Below the pieces are notes generated by a model. That model was given only the letters and a program-made list of their open reading frames with translations, searched no databases and was not told the DNA's origin. The position numbers were made by a program, and so were the translations under genes. From Oligoflexia bacterium (lineage in GTDB: Bacteria > Bdellovibrionota > UBA1018), in contig CAIRTR010000299.1 in the NCBI GenBank assembly GCA_903881565.1, positions 2,645-66,644 on the forward strand: DNA of 64,000 nt, read 5' to 3'. The stretch's first letter is position 1, and every line of letters starts with the position of its first letter. Positions 19,000-28,547 of the stretch are shown piece by piece.

Positions 19000-20496
19000 A
19001 TGAAAACCAATTGTTATGTCACCTTCACAAGTAGCTTGATCGTTCTTTGCCTGCTCTTTAGCGGTGGGTGCATGAGGCCCAAGTTTGTGGCCGCTCCTGC
19101 GGCTGCAGTAGTGTCCGACTCGAGTACGGATCCATCTCCTAGTCCCGCGACAGAAGTGAGCACCAGCCCATCGCCTGAGGTGAGTGCCACGGCTACTAAT
19201 GGAACGACTATTTATGTCGATGCGCTTGGGAGTAACACCAACGACGGCAGCAGCGCTCTGAAGGCATTCAAGACCATCACCAAAGCTCTCACTGTGGCAA
19301 CCGCTGGGAATACCATCAGCGTCGCTCCGGGAACCTACAATGCCGCATTAGGTGAAACGTTTCCTTTGATGGTGCCTGAGGGCGTGAGTCTTTTGGGTGA
19401 TCCTGATACGAAGGGTGTCACGACACTCATTACTGGAGAAGGGATTACTAGTCTGCTCGTCTCCGAATTTGGGGGAACATTCACGATTGGTGGGATCGTT
19501 TATTTCAAAGGAGGAGATGTCTCCTTTAAGGGCTTCACTGTTTCAAGTGCTTCGAGAAGTTTTGATTTTGGCACAACTCAAATAATGGGCGCAGTGACTT
19601 GTTACTTGTGTACTTCTATTGCAATTGAGTCCAATAAATTTTCAGCAATTGGGCCTACCATCAGTTACGCCGATAATGGGATTCCTGCAGTCTCGGTAGG
19701 AGGGGGAATTGCCTCAATTGAAAACAATGTTTTCCAAAACGTCTTTAGCGCAATCAATATCCAACCAGCGCTCGAAATTACCGCAACTGTTTTTTCCAAC
19801 CTGTTTTCAGGTACTTTTTACGGTAGTACGGGACTTAATTTTCGGGGCTCCGACACTGCTAAGCTTTTGGTTGCTCAAGTGGGGGATGGTACCGATGCTC
19901 ATGCAAACACCTTTACAAATTTTACTAACGACTCCCATCGGGCGATTTCAATCGCTAAAGCCCTGGTGCGGGTGAATGTTGATACGAATACTTTTACCGG
20001 GAGTGGTGGTATTGAAGTGAGTAGTGATATTACATCCCAGGTTCATTCGTTATTTAGCTGTCCAAGTTGCGAGATTAAGAATAACCACTTCACGGGTTCA
20101 ACCTACTCCTCGATTCGGATCGCTGACGCGCTCTTTGGCAGCGTCAAATCAAATGTCATTGTTTCCGATACCTACTCTGGGATCGACGTCAAGAATTCGA
20201 GTGTCGCCCTGTCACTCAATTCGGTTTCCGGTAATACTGCAATCGGATGTGGGCTTGTGATTGATAATACGGACGCGACAGCCCTTACGTCTTCAGGAGA
20301 TCACTACTTCGGGAATTTGCACGGGATCTGCCTCGCTAGCAGTGCTTCATTGATTTTGACCAACGGGAGTGAAGCTTGCGATGTGACCGGTAATACCACT
20401 GAAAATGTTACCCTTGGTGAATTCACCCACATTAACGTCTCGGGCTGTGCTCAGTTTACGGTCAATTATGGAGGGAATGGGACCCATACCCCTTAA
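19000..20496 (+). CDS. Lipoprotein with DUF1565 and right-handed beta-helix (pectin-lyase-like)
   Basis: Lipobox FSGGC, S/P/T linker, IYVD...GSNTNDGS...AFKTITKAL...VAPGTY...GETFPL, Asn-ladder repeats. Confidence 0.82.
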   Translation: MKTNCYVTFTSSLIVLCLLFSGGCMRPKFVAAPAAAVVSDSSTDPSPSPATEVSTSPSPEVSATATNGTTIYVDALGSNTNDGSSALKAFKTITKALTVATAGNTISVAPGTYNAALGETFPLMVPEGVSLLGDPDTKGVTTLITGEGITSLLVSEFGGTFTIGGIVYFKGGDVSFKGFTVSSASRSFDFGTTQIMGAVTCYLCTSIAIESNKFSAIGPTISYADNGIPAVSVGGGIASIENNVFQNVFSAINIQPALEITATVFSNLFSGTFYGSTGLNFRGSDTAKLLVAQVGDGTDAHANTFTNFTNDSHRAISIAKALVRVNVDTNTFTGSGGIEVSSDITSQVHSLFSCPSCEIKNNHFTGSTYSSIRIADALFGSVKSNVIVSDTYSGIDVKNSSVALSLNSVSGNTAIGCGLVIDNTDATALTSSGDHYFGNLHGICLASSASLILTNGSEACDVTGNTTENVTLGEFTHINVSGCAQFTVNYGGNGTHTP

Positions 20497-20513
20497 CAGA
20501 GTACCTTAGCGGT

Positions 20514-21251
20514 CTACGGCGCCAAACTCCCCGCATACTTCGCCGCTACTTCTTTCGCCTTGCTCGAGATCCGCTCTATTGGCGAGGCCTGCGCTTTTTC
20601 TAAAAACTCGCGCGCATAGCTTGCCTGCGCAGGCGTGAGCTTAGGGTGGTTCTCAAGAAACCGCTGCACACTCGCGACAGACATGACTTCTGGGTAGGCC
20701 CTAGTTAGCTCATCAGCGCCTTCTAGGTGCTTCTCCTCGCCATGGGCGTCCACTGGGTCGGCTTTGGTGCAATCACTGAGGCTTAAGCAAGGCTGGTCCG
20801 TCACGACCTGGGTCAAAAACGACCAATCTTCTGCTGTCTCAAGTTCTCGGCCCATCAAGAAGACGACCGTGCCACGTTCGTTTCGTTTTTCAGCAGCAAT
20901 CGCGGTGTAGCGCTCTTTAAGTAGTGTTTTGGTAGCCGGACTGAGTTTGCGCAACTCAGTGTCGAGCCTGGGATCATTGTCGTTTTTGGAAATTAGAATT
21001 TCATTCAGAAGTGCGACTCGGCTTTTTGCGTCTTTCCATTCAGGGCCATCGCGCGAAACAGCGGCGGCAGAGGGCATTGGAGATGGAGTGCTTTTGGGAA
21101 CATCCGCTGGTGCGGAGAGTGTGTCTTGTGTTTGAGAGATTCCGGAGGTTGGCGCATTCACCGAATTCAAAGGATGCAGGGATCGATTGAAGGCGACCCA
21201 CACCACTGCGATGGCCAACGCTCCGGAAGCTAGAAGTAACTTAGATTTCAC
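20514..21251 (-). CDS. Membrane-anchored helical hypothetical protein
   Basis: N-terminal TM segment, P/S linker, helical domain with CLSLSDC; GTG start 8 nt after the upstream stop. Confidence 0.65.
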   Translation of the reverse strand: MKSKLLLASGALAIAVVWVAFNRSLHPLNSVNAPTSGISQTQDTLSAPADVPKSTPSPMPSAAAVSRDGPEWKDAKSRVALLNEILISKNDNDPRLDTELRKLSPATKTLLKERYTAIAAEKRNERGTVVFLMGRELETAEDWSFLTQVVTDQPCLSLSDCTKADPVDAHGEEKHLEGADELTRAYPEVMSVASVQRFLENHPKLTPAQASYAREFLEKAQASPIERISSKAKEVAAKYAGSLAP

Positions 21252-21259
21252 CTGAGTTC

Positions 21260-21940
21260 TTAGTACAGGTCTTTCTTGATAGCGGTAATGGCGTCAGCGT
21301 CGATGATGCGTTTGAATTGATCATCGGCGTAGAAGCCTGCGTCCATTTTTACTTTTTCGTTACAATTTGCGCAAAATTTGGAAACGTTTTTGAGCATGAT
21401 CATCGAAGAGCCGTAAGAACCAAATGGGGTTTCATCACAAGCAGGCTCGCCCGCAAGGGTTGATCCGGTCCAAATGCTGATGATCTCTTTGCCATCGGCG
21501 CCCACAAATGGATCTGGGCAAGTTGCATGTGACCAGTTTCCGTTGCCGGATTCGGTATGGCGAGATTCATGATACACGATCATAAGCCTAGCAATTTGGG
21601 GGTGGCTGAATTTTACAAAGTTCTGGGTGAGCCACATCTTGCTCGGATTATAAAAAGGGATCACACAAGCCACAGCTTTGGCCGATCCGCAGTCATTCAT
21701 GCCGATGGCACTGACTCGGGATTCAAAAAAAGTTTTGTAAGCAGGACCAGAAACCGCACCAAAAATTTTCTGGTGAAGCCCTGAAGTGCCATTGCCCGTG
21801 ACCGATGCCATAAAACCCAAATCAGCAGTCATCTGAGTTTTAATGTCTGATGGGACATTGGTGTCGAATGTATAGGCCATGGCCGGAGCCGAACCTAATG
21901 TGAGTGCCAAAAGAATAAGTGAACTAATTGTTTTAATCAT
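21260..21940 (-). CDS. Secreted Cys-rich HExxH metallopeptidase-like protein
   Basis: Signal peptide ending AMA; YHESRHTE motif; six Cys. Confidence 0.65.
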   Translation of the reverse strand: MIKTISSLILLALTLGSAPAMAYTFDTNVPSDIKTQMTADLGFMASVTGNGTSGLHQKIFGAVSGPAYKTFFESRVSAIGMNDCGSAKAVACVIPFYNPSKMWLTQNFVKFSHPQIARLMIVYHESRHTESGNGNWSHATCPDPFVGADGKEIISIWTGSTLAGEPACDETPFGSYGSSMIMLKNVSKFCANCNEKVKMDAGFYADDQFKRIIDADAITAIKKDLY

Positions 21941-22051
21941 GAATCCCCCTTAGTCAAATAAGACTAGGGGAAATTTGGGGGAAAGCAACCCGGTTTGACA
22001 TTTTTTTGACGAATTTTTCAAGAAAAGTTGTGACTGTTTGCGGCATTTTTC

Positions 22052-22067
22052 TGGCCTATCTCTCGCA
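22052..22067 (+). promoter_or_regulatory. sigma54-like promoter
   Basis: TGGCCTATCTCTCGCA, GG-N10-GC; ATG 22081 lies 14 nt after the GC. Confidence 0.45.
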
Positions 22068-22080
22068 TATCTTTTGGCTC

Positions 22081-23022
22081 ATGAACACTTCAATTGAGCC
22101 CTTTATTCACCGCAAAGTAGTTGTCATGAACGAAGAAGCACTCGCTTCGGATGCTGCGCGCGCCATGCGTGATCACTCCCTGGGATGTGTGCTGGTCTCC
22201 GGAAATTCCGGAGACGCCGGTTCCGGAGCTGGAGAGATAATCGGCATTGTCACCGACCGCGATTTGGCGTGCAGGCTTGCTGCCGCCTACACTTTTACGA
22301 GTGTCACACTGTCTAAGATCATGACTAAAGGAGTCGTCTGCGCCAGCTCAAGCCAAGGCGTGGGCGAAATTCTCGAACTCATGGAGCGACACGGCGTGAG
22401 GCGTGTCCCGATCATGGAATCGAAGGTCAAAGGCGAATCGCAAAAGTGCATTGGCCTTATCACCCTGGATGACCTACTCGCTTCGTCAATGGTCACTGCA
22501 TCGACCTGCTCGCGAATCATCAGGCGTCAACTGGGTCGCCAAATGGGGCTTCGCCTGGGCCGCAGCGGCGGTGTCTCACGTTTGACTCCGCGCTCTACCT
22601 CGCGCACGCGCCAGACACTTTCGTGTTTTTACAAAGATCAGGCGAAAAAGTCGGATATTGGCGTCGAACTTATTCCGCAGGTCAGTCATGCACTTTTAGG
22701 TGCACTCGTGCAACGCATGACCTATTCGGGCGCTTCGAAGTTCATCGCACAGCTACCGCGACTTTTGCAGGATTCGCTCTTGCAGCTTCGCCCGGGCCCG
22801 GATCGAAGTGTGACGCCTGAGAAAGTTATTCTAGATTTCTCAAGCCGCTTCGAAATCGATGAGGGCCTGGCACGCCAGATTGCCCAAAGTTTCTACTGCG
22901 GTCTCCGAGATCACATCGACCCCGGCGAGATGGAAAACGTACTGGCCCAGCTGCCCGAGGATTTTCGCGCTCTCTTTGAGCTGCCTTATGAAAAAGAACG
23001 GGAGCTCAAGCATGCTGCATAA
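22081..23022 (+). CDS. CBS-pair protein fused to a DUF2267-like domain
   Basis: IIGIVTDRDL, MERHGVRRVPI, GLITLDDL; C-terminal KFIAQLP...IDPGEMENVLAQLPEDFRALF. Confidence 0.82.
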   Translation: MNTSIEPFIHRKVVVMNEEALASDAARAMRDHSLGCVLVSGNSGDAGSGAGEIIGIVTDRDLACRLAAAYTFTSVTLSKIMTKGVVCASSSQGVGEILELMERHGVRRVPIMESKVKGESQKCIGLITLDDLLASSMVTASTCSRIIRRQLGRQMGLRLGRSGGVSRLTPRSTSRTRQTLSCFYKDQAKKSDIGVELIPQVSHALLGALVQRMTYSGASKFIAQLPRLLQDSLLQLRPGPDRSVTPEKVILDFSSRFEIDEGLARQIAQSFYCGLRDHIDPGEMENVLAQLPEDFRALFELPYEKERELKHAA

Positions 23023-23458
23023 AAAACGAAAAGAACAAATTCCAGAACTTCTGGAGCCCGGAGCAAATGAGCCGGAGTTCTGCACCCCAGGCTCCATTGA
23101 GCAGCAACTGGATATGTGCGAAGAGGGCTCCTTGCGAGGCGACGAGATTCTTCATCATCATGGGGAGGAGCGAGAGGTTGAGGCCACAGCTGAAACTCCC
23201 GTGGACCGCCTGATGGACCGCTATCAGATGAATATGGCTGAAGAAGGACGCGAAGGCGATGAACTCAGTGGAGATGAACACTCTTCGGGGCTTCAGGGGA
23301 GTGACCCTGAACTTTTCGGTGACTCTGTCCAATCGGAGAGAGCTCGCGAGCTCCAGGAGGCGCCTGAGGAGGCTCCTCTGATTCTGCTCCCGCGCCCGGA
23401 AAGAAGAGCAAAACGTAAACACCACGGCAAAGGTAAAAAAGGGGCTAAATCGGCTTAG
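23012..23458 (+). CDS. Acidic, probably disordered hypothetical protein with a basic tail
   Basis: ATG overlapping the CBS gene end, preceded by GGAG; E-rich body, K/R-rich C-terminus. Confidence 0.55.
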   Translation: MLHKKRKEQIPELLEPGANEPEFCTPGSIEQQLDMCEEGSLRGDEILHHHGEEREVEATAETPVDRLMDRYQMNMAEEGREGDELSGDEHSSGLQGSDPELFGDSVQSERARELQEAPEEAPLILLPRPERRAKRKHHGKGKKGAKSA

Positions 23459-23502
23459 TTTTCTTTTTTGACTTTTGGCGGGAGTCTTTCTATTACGGAC
23501 CT

Positions 23503-24423
23503 ATGAGCATGCGTTGGAATTTTGTGATGATGCTGGCGTTACTTAGTTTGACCTTTGGGATGTGCTATGCGCATTCAGCTGAAGTCGATGAGCTCACGCT
23601 TCGATTTGCCCAATATCACGAATCCCTGCCCGTCTTGGACGGCGAAATTAATCTGCGGCTGGATTTGGCGGTAGCAGACGCCAATCAATTCCGGGGTTGT
23701 GATGAGGATTTTTTGCTGTATGCGCTGAAGGCTCAGTTTCTGCGCCCTTTTCGAGGACAGGTTGAGGGTTGGGCCGAAAACAATCCAGAAGTTTTCAAAC
23801 AGACCCTTAAACTCTCCCAATCGATTTATCAAGACATCAAGATCTGGCAAAATCCTCCGGTGCACCTTGGAAAATTGGGGCTTGCCAGTGTGTTTCAGCT
23901 CAATGGGATCCTGGTGGGGAGTGATAAGTTAGGTCATTTTTTTGATGAGGGTTTCGAAGAGTTCACGCGCGCTCATAAAAAGGGTGGAAGTGTTGACGAT
24001 GCCCTCCAGTATGGCGTGGATTCGGAAGAAGGTTTTTATGGACTGGCGACCACTGGGGTGAATTCGTATGGCGACCGAGTGGCAAACTTCAATGGACTGC
24101 GTTTTTGGGAGCGCGCTCTTGGAGAGCGCGCTTTGGGTTTAGGGGCTGACTCTCCTTATATCGTCTGCGAGGCAAAGCGGTGGAAGCGTGGTGCTGTTTT
24201 TAGCTTCGCCGATTTTGTCGATGCCGGTTGGGATGAGGCGATCAATTGTAGCGCGTATAAGGATGCCGATTTTGAGGCGAAGGTTAACGCCCGGATCGCA
24301 ACGCTTGAGGCCAAGTTCGGCCGCCCTTTGCAGTGTCCTGTGGATCAAGAGGCGTGTGCGGGTTTGGTGGTTAAGTACGGAGAATTCGCTTCGAAGTTAT
24401 TGCATCCGGCGTGTTTGGAATAA
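23503..24423 (+). CDS. Secreted hypothetical protein
   Basis: Signal peptide; GSDKLGHFFDEG and YGDRVANFNG motifs; TTGACT-N17-TATTAC promoter 6 nt before the ATG. Confidence 0.7.
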   Translation: MSMRWNFVMMLALLSLTFGMCYAHSAEVDELTLRFAQYHESLPVLDGEINLRLDLAVADANQFRGCDEDFLLYALKAQFLRPFRGQVEGWAENNPEVFKQTLKLSQSIYQDIKIWQNPPVHLGKLGLASVFQLNGILVGSDKLGHFFDEGFEEFTRAHKKGGSVDDALQYGVDSEEGFYGLATTGVNSYGDRVANFNGLRFWERALGERALGLGADSPYIVCEAKRWKRGAVFSFADFVDAGWDEAINCSAYKDADFEAKVNARIATLEAKFGRPLQCPVDQEACAGLVVKYGEFASKLLHPACLE

Positions 24424-24552
24424 GTTGAATTTTTTCAAAATAGCGACCGACGCCGAGTGCGCTGTTGATAACTTCACTCTTTGAGAAGTTGCGGTGGGGT
24501 CAACTTTTTGACAGGCGCTTTTCTGTCCCGCTACAACACCGAAAACAAGCGT

Positions 24553-24579
24553 TTAGTTCCACCCCCCACTTGCCGATAG
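24553..24579 (+). promoter_or_regulatory. sigma28-like promoter
   Basis: TTAG-N15-GCCGATAG, 7 nt before GTG 24587. Confidence 0.5.
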
Positions 24580-24586
24580 GCTAATT

Positions 24587-26053
24587 GTGGAAACCTCTGG
24601 CTCAGACCTCCCTAAATTATTACAGACCATCCTAGGTACTTTTATTGATTTGTGTGGTTGTGATGGAGGTTCAATTTTCACCCTTCACAAAGACGCAAGC
24701 GGTGTGGAGTTTCTCGTTTTTGAAACGATGATCACTCGAAGTATTCGGCTCCACCAAGTTCCTGAAGAGGTGAGCTATCTTCGGTTTCCGGTCGATGAAT
24801 CCTCGCTTGTGGGGCGTACGGCCCAGATGCGTAAAGTTCAAAAAGAATCCTTTTCTAAAGCAGCATCCGATGAAAACCGTGTTGATCAGCTTTTAAACTT
24901 TACTACGAGAAACATTCTCTCAGCCCCCTTGGTCACCCCTCGTGGAGACCTTGTAGGTGTGGTGCAACTTCTTAATAAACTCCCCTTTCCAGGGGGCGGT
25001 GACACGAATCCCATTGTCAAAGAGGATCCTGATTTTGATGCAAGAGATGAACGCTTAGTGAGTTGTGTCGCTGGACAAGCGGCTCTTGCGATTGAAAACA
25101 GTCTTTTGCTTGAAGAGCAGGAGCGCCTCTTGGAGGGTTTTGTCAAAGCCTGTGTGACGGCGGTTGAAGCGCGAGATCCTGTGACTTCGGGGCATTCTCA
25201 GCGTGTTGCGGAGTATTCGGTGGCCCTGGCGGATGCGGTTTCGCGGACTCAAACGGGAGAATACGGGAGTACTAATTTTTCACCCCTGCAAATTCGCGAG
25301 CTTCGTTATGCTGCCGTCTTGCACGATATTGGCAAGATTTCGGTTCGCGAGAATGTGCTCAACAAAGAAAAGAAACTGTTTCCCTGGGACCTTGAGCTGA
25401 TTCACATGCGTTTGAAACTCATGCGTGCGGAGCTACGCCGGCAAGAGGCGCAAAGCGGACGCGACGTTACTGAAGAAGTGAAGCAGATCGAAAGTGCCTG
25501 GAAGATGATTCAAACGGCCAATGAACCCAATGTTCTTTTTGCTTCAGTCGAAAAGGTGCTTTCCGGCATCGCGACCGTCATCGTGAACACGCAGGAGGGG
25601 GAAACGCTTGAAGTGCTTAATGCGCACGAAAAAGAGCAGCTCTCCATTGGCCGTGGAACTTTGACGGCAGTGGAGCGGGTGGAGATTGAGCGACACGTCT
25701 CCAATACTTACGAAATTCTAAAGCGTGTGCCTTGGAGTCGAGGCTTGGATCAGGTGGCGGAGATTGCATATAAGCATCACGAGAAACTCGATGGCAGCGG
25801 GTACCCTTGTCATCTGGGGTCGACTGAGATTCCGGTTCAAAGCAGAATCCTTACGATTTGTGATATCTATGATGCTCTGACTTCGCAAGATCGCACCTAC
25901 AAGCATGCGATTGCCTGGGAGCGCGCGGTGAGGATTCTGGAGCAAGATGTCCGGGGCGGAAAACTTGACGCATCACTGATGAAGATCTTTGTCGAAGCGC
26001 GCGTGTTTGAGCATGTTCATATCTTTACTGAAGAGATCCGTCGCGCAGCTTAA
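24587..26053 (+). CDS. GAF plus HD-GYP cyclic-dinucleotide phosphodiesterase
   Basis: GAF (VGVVQLLNK...FDARDE), RDPVTSGHSQRV, LHDIGK, HHEKLDGSGYP, DIYDALT. Confidence 0.93.
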   Translation: METSGSDLPKLLQTILGTFIDLCGCDGGSIFTLHKDASGVEFLVFETMITRSIRLHQVPEEVSYLRFPVDESSLVGRTAQMRKVQKESFSKAASDENRVDQLLNFTTRNILSAPLVTPRGDLVGVVQLLNKLPFPGGGDTNPIVKEDPDFDARDERLVSCVAGQAALAIENSLLLEEQERLLEGFVKACVTAVEARDPVTSGHSQRVAEYSVALADAVSRTQTGEYGSTNFSPLQIRELRYAAVLHDIGKISVRENVLNKEKKLFPWDLELIHMRLKLMRAELRRQEAQSGRDVTEEVKQIESAWKMIQTANEPNVLFASVEKVLSGIATVIVNTQEGETLEVLNAHEKEQLSIGRGTLTAVERVEIERHVSNTYEILKRVPWSRGLDQVAEIAYKHHEKLDGSGYPCHLGSTEIPVQSRILTICDIYDALTSQDRTYKHAIAWERAVRILEQDVRGGKLDASLMKIFVEARVFEHVHIFTEEIRRAA

Positions 26054-26125
26054 TCGGCTTAGTGTGGCGTCCTATTCATACTTGCCGGGTTGCGTTTCAA
26101 AAAGTCTCATGGAATAATTTGTTAC

Positions 26126-26458
26126 ATGCGCTGGTTTCGGTTTCTCGCATCACTGGCTTTGGTTTGGGTTAGCTTTCAAAGTATAGCGCTACCCATTCAT
26201 AGCATTCGCCACTTTGTTGAGAAGATTCAGGCAGAGCAGCAGGCCCGAGATGATTCACAGGGTGGAGTTGTCTCCTCGGACTGTGGAATTTGTTTCAGTG
26301 CCCACATGACTACTGTGGTCGCTCCGGTCATTGTATCCTTGAGTGCGGGGACGCCTATGGCGCGGCTCCCAGATTCGCGAGAGCTGATCAGCACTACTTC
26401 AAATTCTTATCTACTCCCGAGCGTCAGAGCGCCTCCTTTTTCCTCTTTCCTAACTTAA
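26126..26458 (+). CDS. DUF2946/CutF-like leader peptide (signal segment, CxxC, C-terminal RAPP)
   Basis: MRWFRFLASLALVW...HSIRH...DCGICFSAH...SVRAPP; first gene before the metal-uptake operon. Confidence 0.75.
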   Translation: MRWFRFLASLALVWVSFQSIALPIHSIRHFVEKIQAEQQARDDSQGGVVSSDCGICFSAHMTTVVAPVIVSLSAGTPMARLPDSRELISTTSNSYLLPSVRAPPFSSFLT

Positions 26459-26561
26459 TCTTCGCATTTTTGGCCTAAGTTTAGGCCTTCATTTTAGATA
26501 AAATTATTGCCACGTTGACACGTTTCCCGTCCGTGGCTCGTTCACTTATGAAGGAGAGAGT

Positions 26562-27620
26562 ATGTCATCATCATTTTTTTGGGTAGCCGTATTGTGTCTT
26601 GCGAGCAGTGCTGGGGCGGCCGAGCAGCCATCAGTTCGAGGTAAAGTCTTTAATCCGGATATCAGTGCAAACTTCTTAGGTCTAGGTGCGTGGGGATCGG
26701 CGGTGTCAGACGATCCGCTTCAGGCGCCGCATCGTGGATTATCGCTTCAAGAAGCGGAGCTGCAATTTGTTTCGGACGTGGATCCGTATTTCAGGGCGAG
26801 CGCATTGTTTTCTGTTGCTCAAGAGTCCGGGGCGGCGGGTTTCGGTATTAGCCCCGAGGAGGTTTATCTTGAAACGATTTCGCTGCCGTTTGTTACCTTT
26901 CGCGCGGGCAAAATCAAACTTGCCATGGGGAAACACAATCTGCTGCACACCCATGCGTTTACCTTCATCGATGAGCCACTTGTGCATCAGGCCCTTCTGG
27001 GTTCTGAGGGGCTCAATGAAGTGGGTGTCTCAGCCGCTGTTTTAGTGCCGCTGAATTGGTATTCGGAATTCGTCGTGCAGGGATTTAGTCCAACCAATGA
27101 TGTGCTTTTTGGCGCGCATGCCTCAGGAGAGCTGGGTGTTTTGGGTCATTGGAAAAACCTTTGGGATTTGAGCGATGATTTTACCTTGGAGCTGGGGGCA
27201 TCCGGCGTGGAGGGGAAAAACGCATTGGGTTCTACTTCTACGGCTTTTGGGGGCGATCTGACGTTTAAGTGGCGTCCTTCAGTCGGAGGCAAGTATCACG
27301 CGTTGATCTGGTCTACGGAGTATTTGCAGTCACATGGCGTGACGGGGGAGCTTCTTGGTGGCTTGGCAAGTTGGGTCCAATATCAATTTGCCGAGCGTTG
27401 GTGGGTGCAGGGGCGAGGGGAGCGGCTTGGAATTCCTCATGCTGAGGCTTTTCAGCCACAATACAAAGCAAGTGCGCTGTTGGGTTTTTTCCCTTCGGAG
27501 TTTTCGGGGATGAGGTTGCAGGCGGATCAGATTGTGACGCAAGGGAAAGCTAATTCGGATTATGCAGTACAGGCCCAATATATCATCAGTATCGGCGCAC
27601 ATCCTGCGCATTCGTATTAA
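26562..27620 (+). CDS. Outer-membrane porin associated with metal ABC uptake
   Basis: FNPDIS, LQEAEL...VDPYF, EEVY, NLLHTH, C-terminal IGAHPAHSY. Confidence 0.75.
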   Translation: MSSSFFWVAVLCLASSAGAAEQPSVRGKVFNPDISANFLGLGAWGSAVSDDPLQAPHRGLSLQEAELQFVSDVDPYFRASALFSVAQESGAAGFGISPEEVYLETISLPFVTFRAGKIKLAMGKHNLLHTHAFTFIDEPLVHQALLGSEGLNEVGVSAAVLVPLNWYSEFVVQGFSPTNDVLFGAHASGELGVLGHWKNLWDLSDDFTLELGASGVEGKNALGSTSTAFGGDLTFKWRPSVGGKYHALIWSTEYLQSHGVTGELLGGLASWVQYQFAERWWVQGRGERLGIPHAEAFQPQYKASALLGFFPSEFSGMRLQADQIVTQGKANSDYAVQAQYIISIGAHPAHSY

Positions 27621-27635
27621 AAGGAGCAAATTTTA

Positions 27636-28544
27636 ATGAAACTATTATTGATCGTCGGTGTTTTGATTTTTTCGAATATTTTATTCAACTCGCAAGCCCA
27701 CGCGAAACTCAATGTGCTCACGACGACCACAGATCTACGCTCGTTGGTTGCCGAAGTGGGGGGCGATAAGCTAACGGTTGAGTCCATTGCAAAGGGAACG
27801 CAGGATCCTCACTTTATCGAGGCAAAGCCCTCCTTTATGCTCAAGGCCAATCGAGCGGATCTGCTTGTTTCGGTCGGCCTTGATTTGGAAATTGGATGGT
27901 TGCCTAGTGTAATCCAAGGGGCCCGTAATCCCAAAATCACGCAGGGGAAAAAGGGCTTTCTTGAAGTGGGGCCTTTGGTGAAACCCCTTGAACTGACTGT
28001 GGGCGCGATCACGCGCGCTGAAGGAGATGTGCATCCTTTGGGCAATCCGCATGTGACCTTGGATCCGATTCGTGATGGCGAAATCGCAGTCGCGATCGCT
28101 GAGCGCCTGGGGGCATTGGATGCCCCAAATGGGGCTTATTATTTAGACACTGCCAAAAAGTTCCAGGCGAGGATGTTGGAGAAAACCAGTGCCTGGCAAA
28201 AGCGCTTGGATAAAATAGCGGTCAAAAAGGTGATCACTTATCACAAAACGCTGACCTACTTCTTGGATCGATTCGGGATTCAAAATGTGGCTATCTTGGA
28301 ACCCAAACCCGGAATCCCACCCACCAGTGGTCATGTGCTAGACGTGATTGGCGAGATCAGAGCTCAAAAAGTTCCACTGATTTTGGTGGAGAATTATTTT
28401 GATCCCACGGTCACGCAAAAAATTAAACAAGAAGTTCCAACGGTTCGGGCCGAGACTGTGCCGGTCGCGGTGGATGGCGCTTCGGGAATGGGTTCTTTGG
28501 AAAATGTAATTGAAAATCTCGTTAAGACAATTGAAGGAAAATAG
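27636..28544 (+). CDS. Zn/Mn ABC transporter substrate-binding protein (ZnuA/TroA cluster)
   Basis: QDPHFIEAKPS, GDVHPLGNPHV, TYH, EPKPGIPPTSGH. Confidence 0.92.
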   Translation: MKLLLIVGVLIFSNILFNSQAHAKLNVLTTTTDLRSLVAEVGGDKLTVESIAKGTQDPHFIEAKPSFMLKANRADLLVSVGLDLEIGWLPSVIQGARNPKITQGKKGFLEVGPLVKPLELTVGAITRAEGDVHPLGNPHVTLDPIRDGEIAVAIAERLGALDAPNGAYYLDTAKKFQARMLEKTSAWQKRLDKIAVKKVITYHKTLTYFLDRFGIQNVAILEPKPGIPPTSGHVLDVIGEIRAQKVPLILVENYFDPTVTQKIKQEVPTVRAETVPVAVDGASGMGSLENVIENLVKTIEGK

Positions 28545-28547
28545 ATT

